7,066 bases of DNA, taken from the IMG/VR virus record IMGVR_UViG_2531839098_000010, one strand, 5' to 3'. Position numbers and translations under genes: made by a program. Below, piece by piece: positions 6,995 through 7,066 of this stretch (positions within the stretch are counted from its first letter, which is position 1; every line of letters begins with the position of its first letter). The notes under the pieces were generated by a model, which saw only the letters and a program-made list of their open reading frames with translations, made no database searches and was not told the DNA's origin. The stretch comes from a virus (lineage: Duplodnaviria; Heunggongvirae; Uroviricota; Caudoviricetes).

Positions 6995-7066
6995 TCACCG
7001 TAAGAGCTGAACCGCCCCGGGAATCCTGGAGACTAAACTCCCTGAGAAAGAGGTAAACAGGATGAC
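6995..7066 (-). other. 3' end of a minus-strand reading frame entering from outside the window; ends three codons after the right inverted repeat
   Basis: On the minus strand the inverted repeat encodes the same peptide as at the left end (...[20 protein letters not shown]), but here it continues LLR and stops at TGA 6997-6995, 62 nt upstream of the FI start. It is either the C-terminus of an upstream gene or a truncated copy of the tfa 5' end. Confidence 0.35.
7005..7066. repeat. Right copy of the perfect 62-bp inverted repeat
   Basis: Exact reverse complement of 1-62. Confidence 0.9.

Noticed and set aside
6441-7010. 189-aa plus-strand ORF antisense to FI
   Set aside because: Fully embedded antisense to a confidently identified sheath gene. 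Composition is Arg/Cys/His-rich with no recognisable motifs.
1-7066. Terminal inverted repeats as transposon or IS ends
   Set aside because: No transposase gene in the window, the content is a phage tail module, and the left repeat is in-frame coding sequence. A composite transposon is not supported.
1-7066. CRISPR arrays, tRNA or rRNA genes, diversity-generating retroelement
   Set aside because: No short direct-repeat and spacer periodicity, no cloverleaf-like candidates and no reverse-transcriptase ORF were seen.

Overview
This 7,066-bp window carries a P2-like contractile-tail gene module on the minus strand: tail sheath FI, tail tube FII, chaperone E with a conserved -1 frameshift site giving E+E', tape-measure protein T, and tail protein U. 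Downstream of U lies an AT-rich cargo gene for a hexapeptide-repeat (WcaB/CysE-type) acetyltransferase with its own sigma70-like promoter. It converges, across a shared bidirectional terminator, on a lambda-type tail-fibre assembly gene (tfa) on the plus strand. Three things stand out. The window is bounded by a perfect 62-bp inverted repeat (1-62 and 7005-7066). The tape-measure reading frame is broken once near 2705-2710. The P2 gene D expected after U is absent, replaced by the acetyltransferase and tfa. No rRNA, tRNA or CRISPR array was seen. All protein identifications rest on family resemblance recalled from memory and need a database search to confirm.
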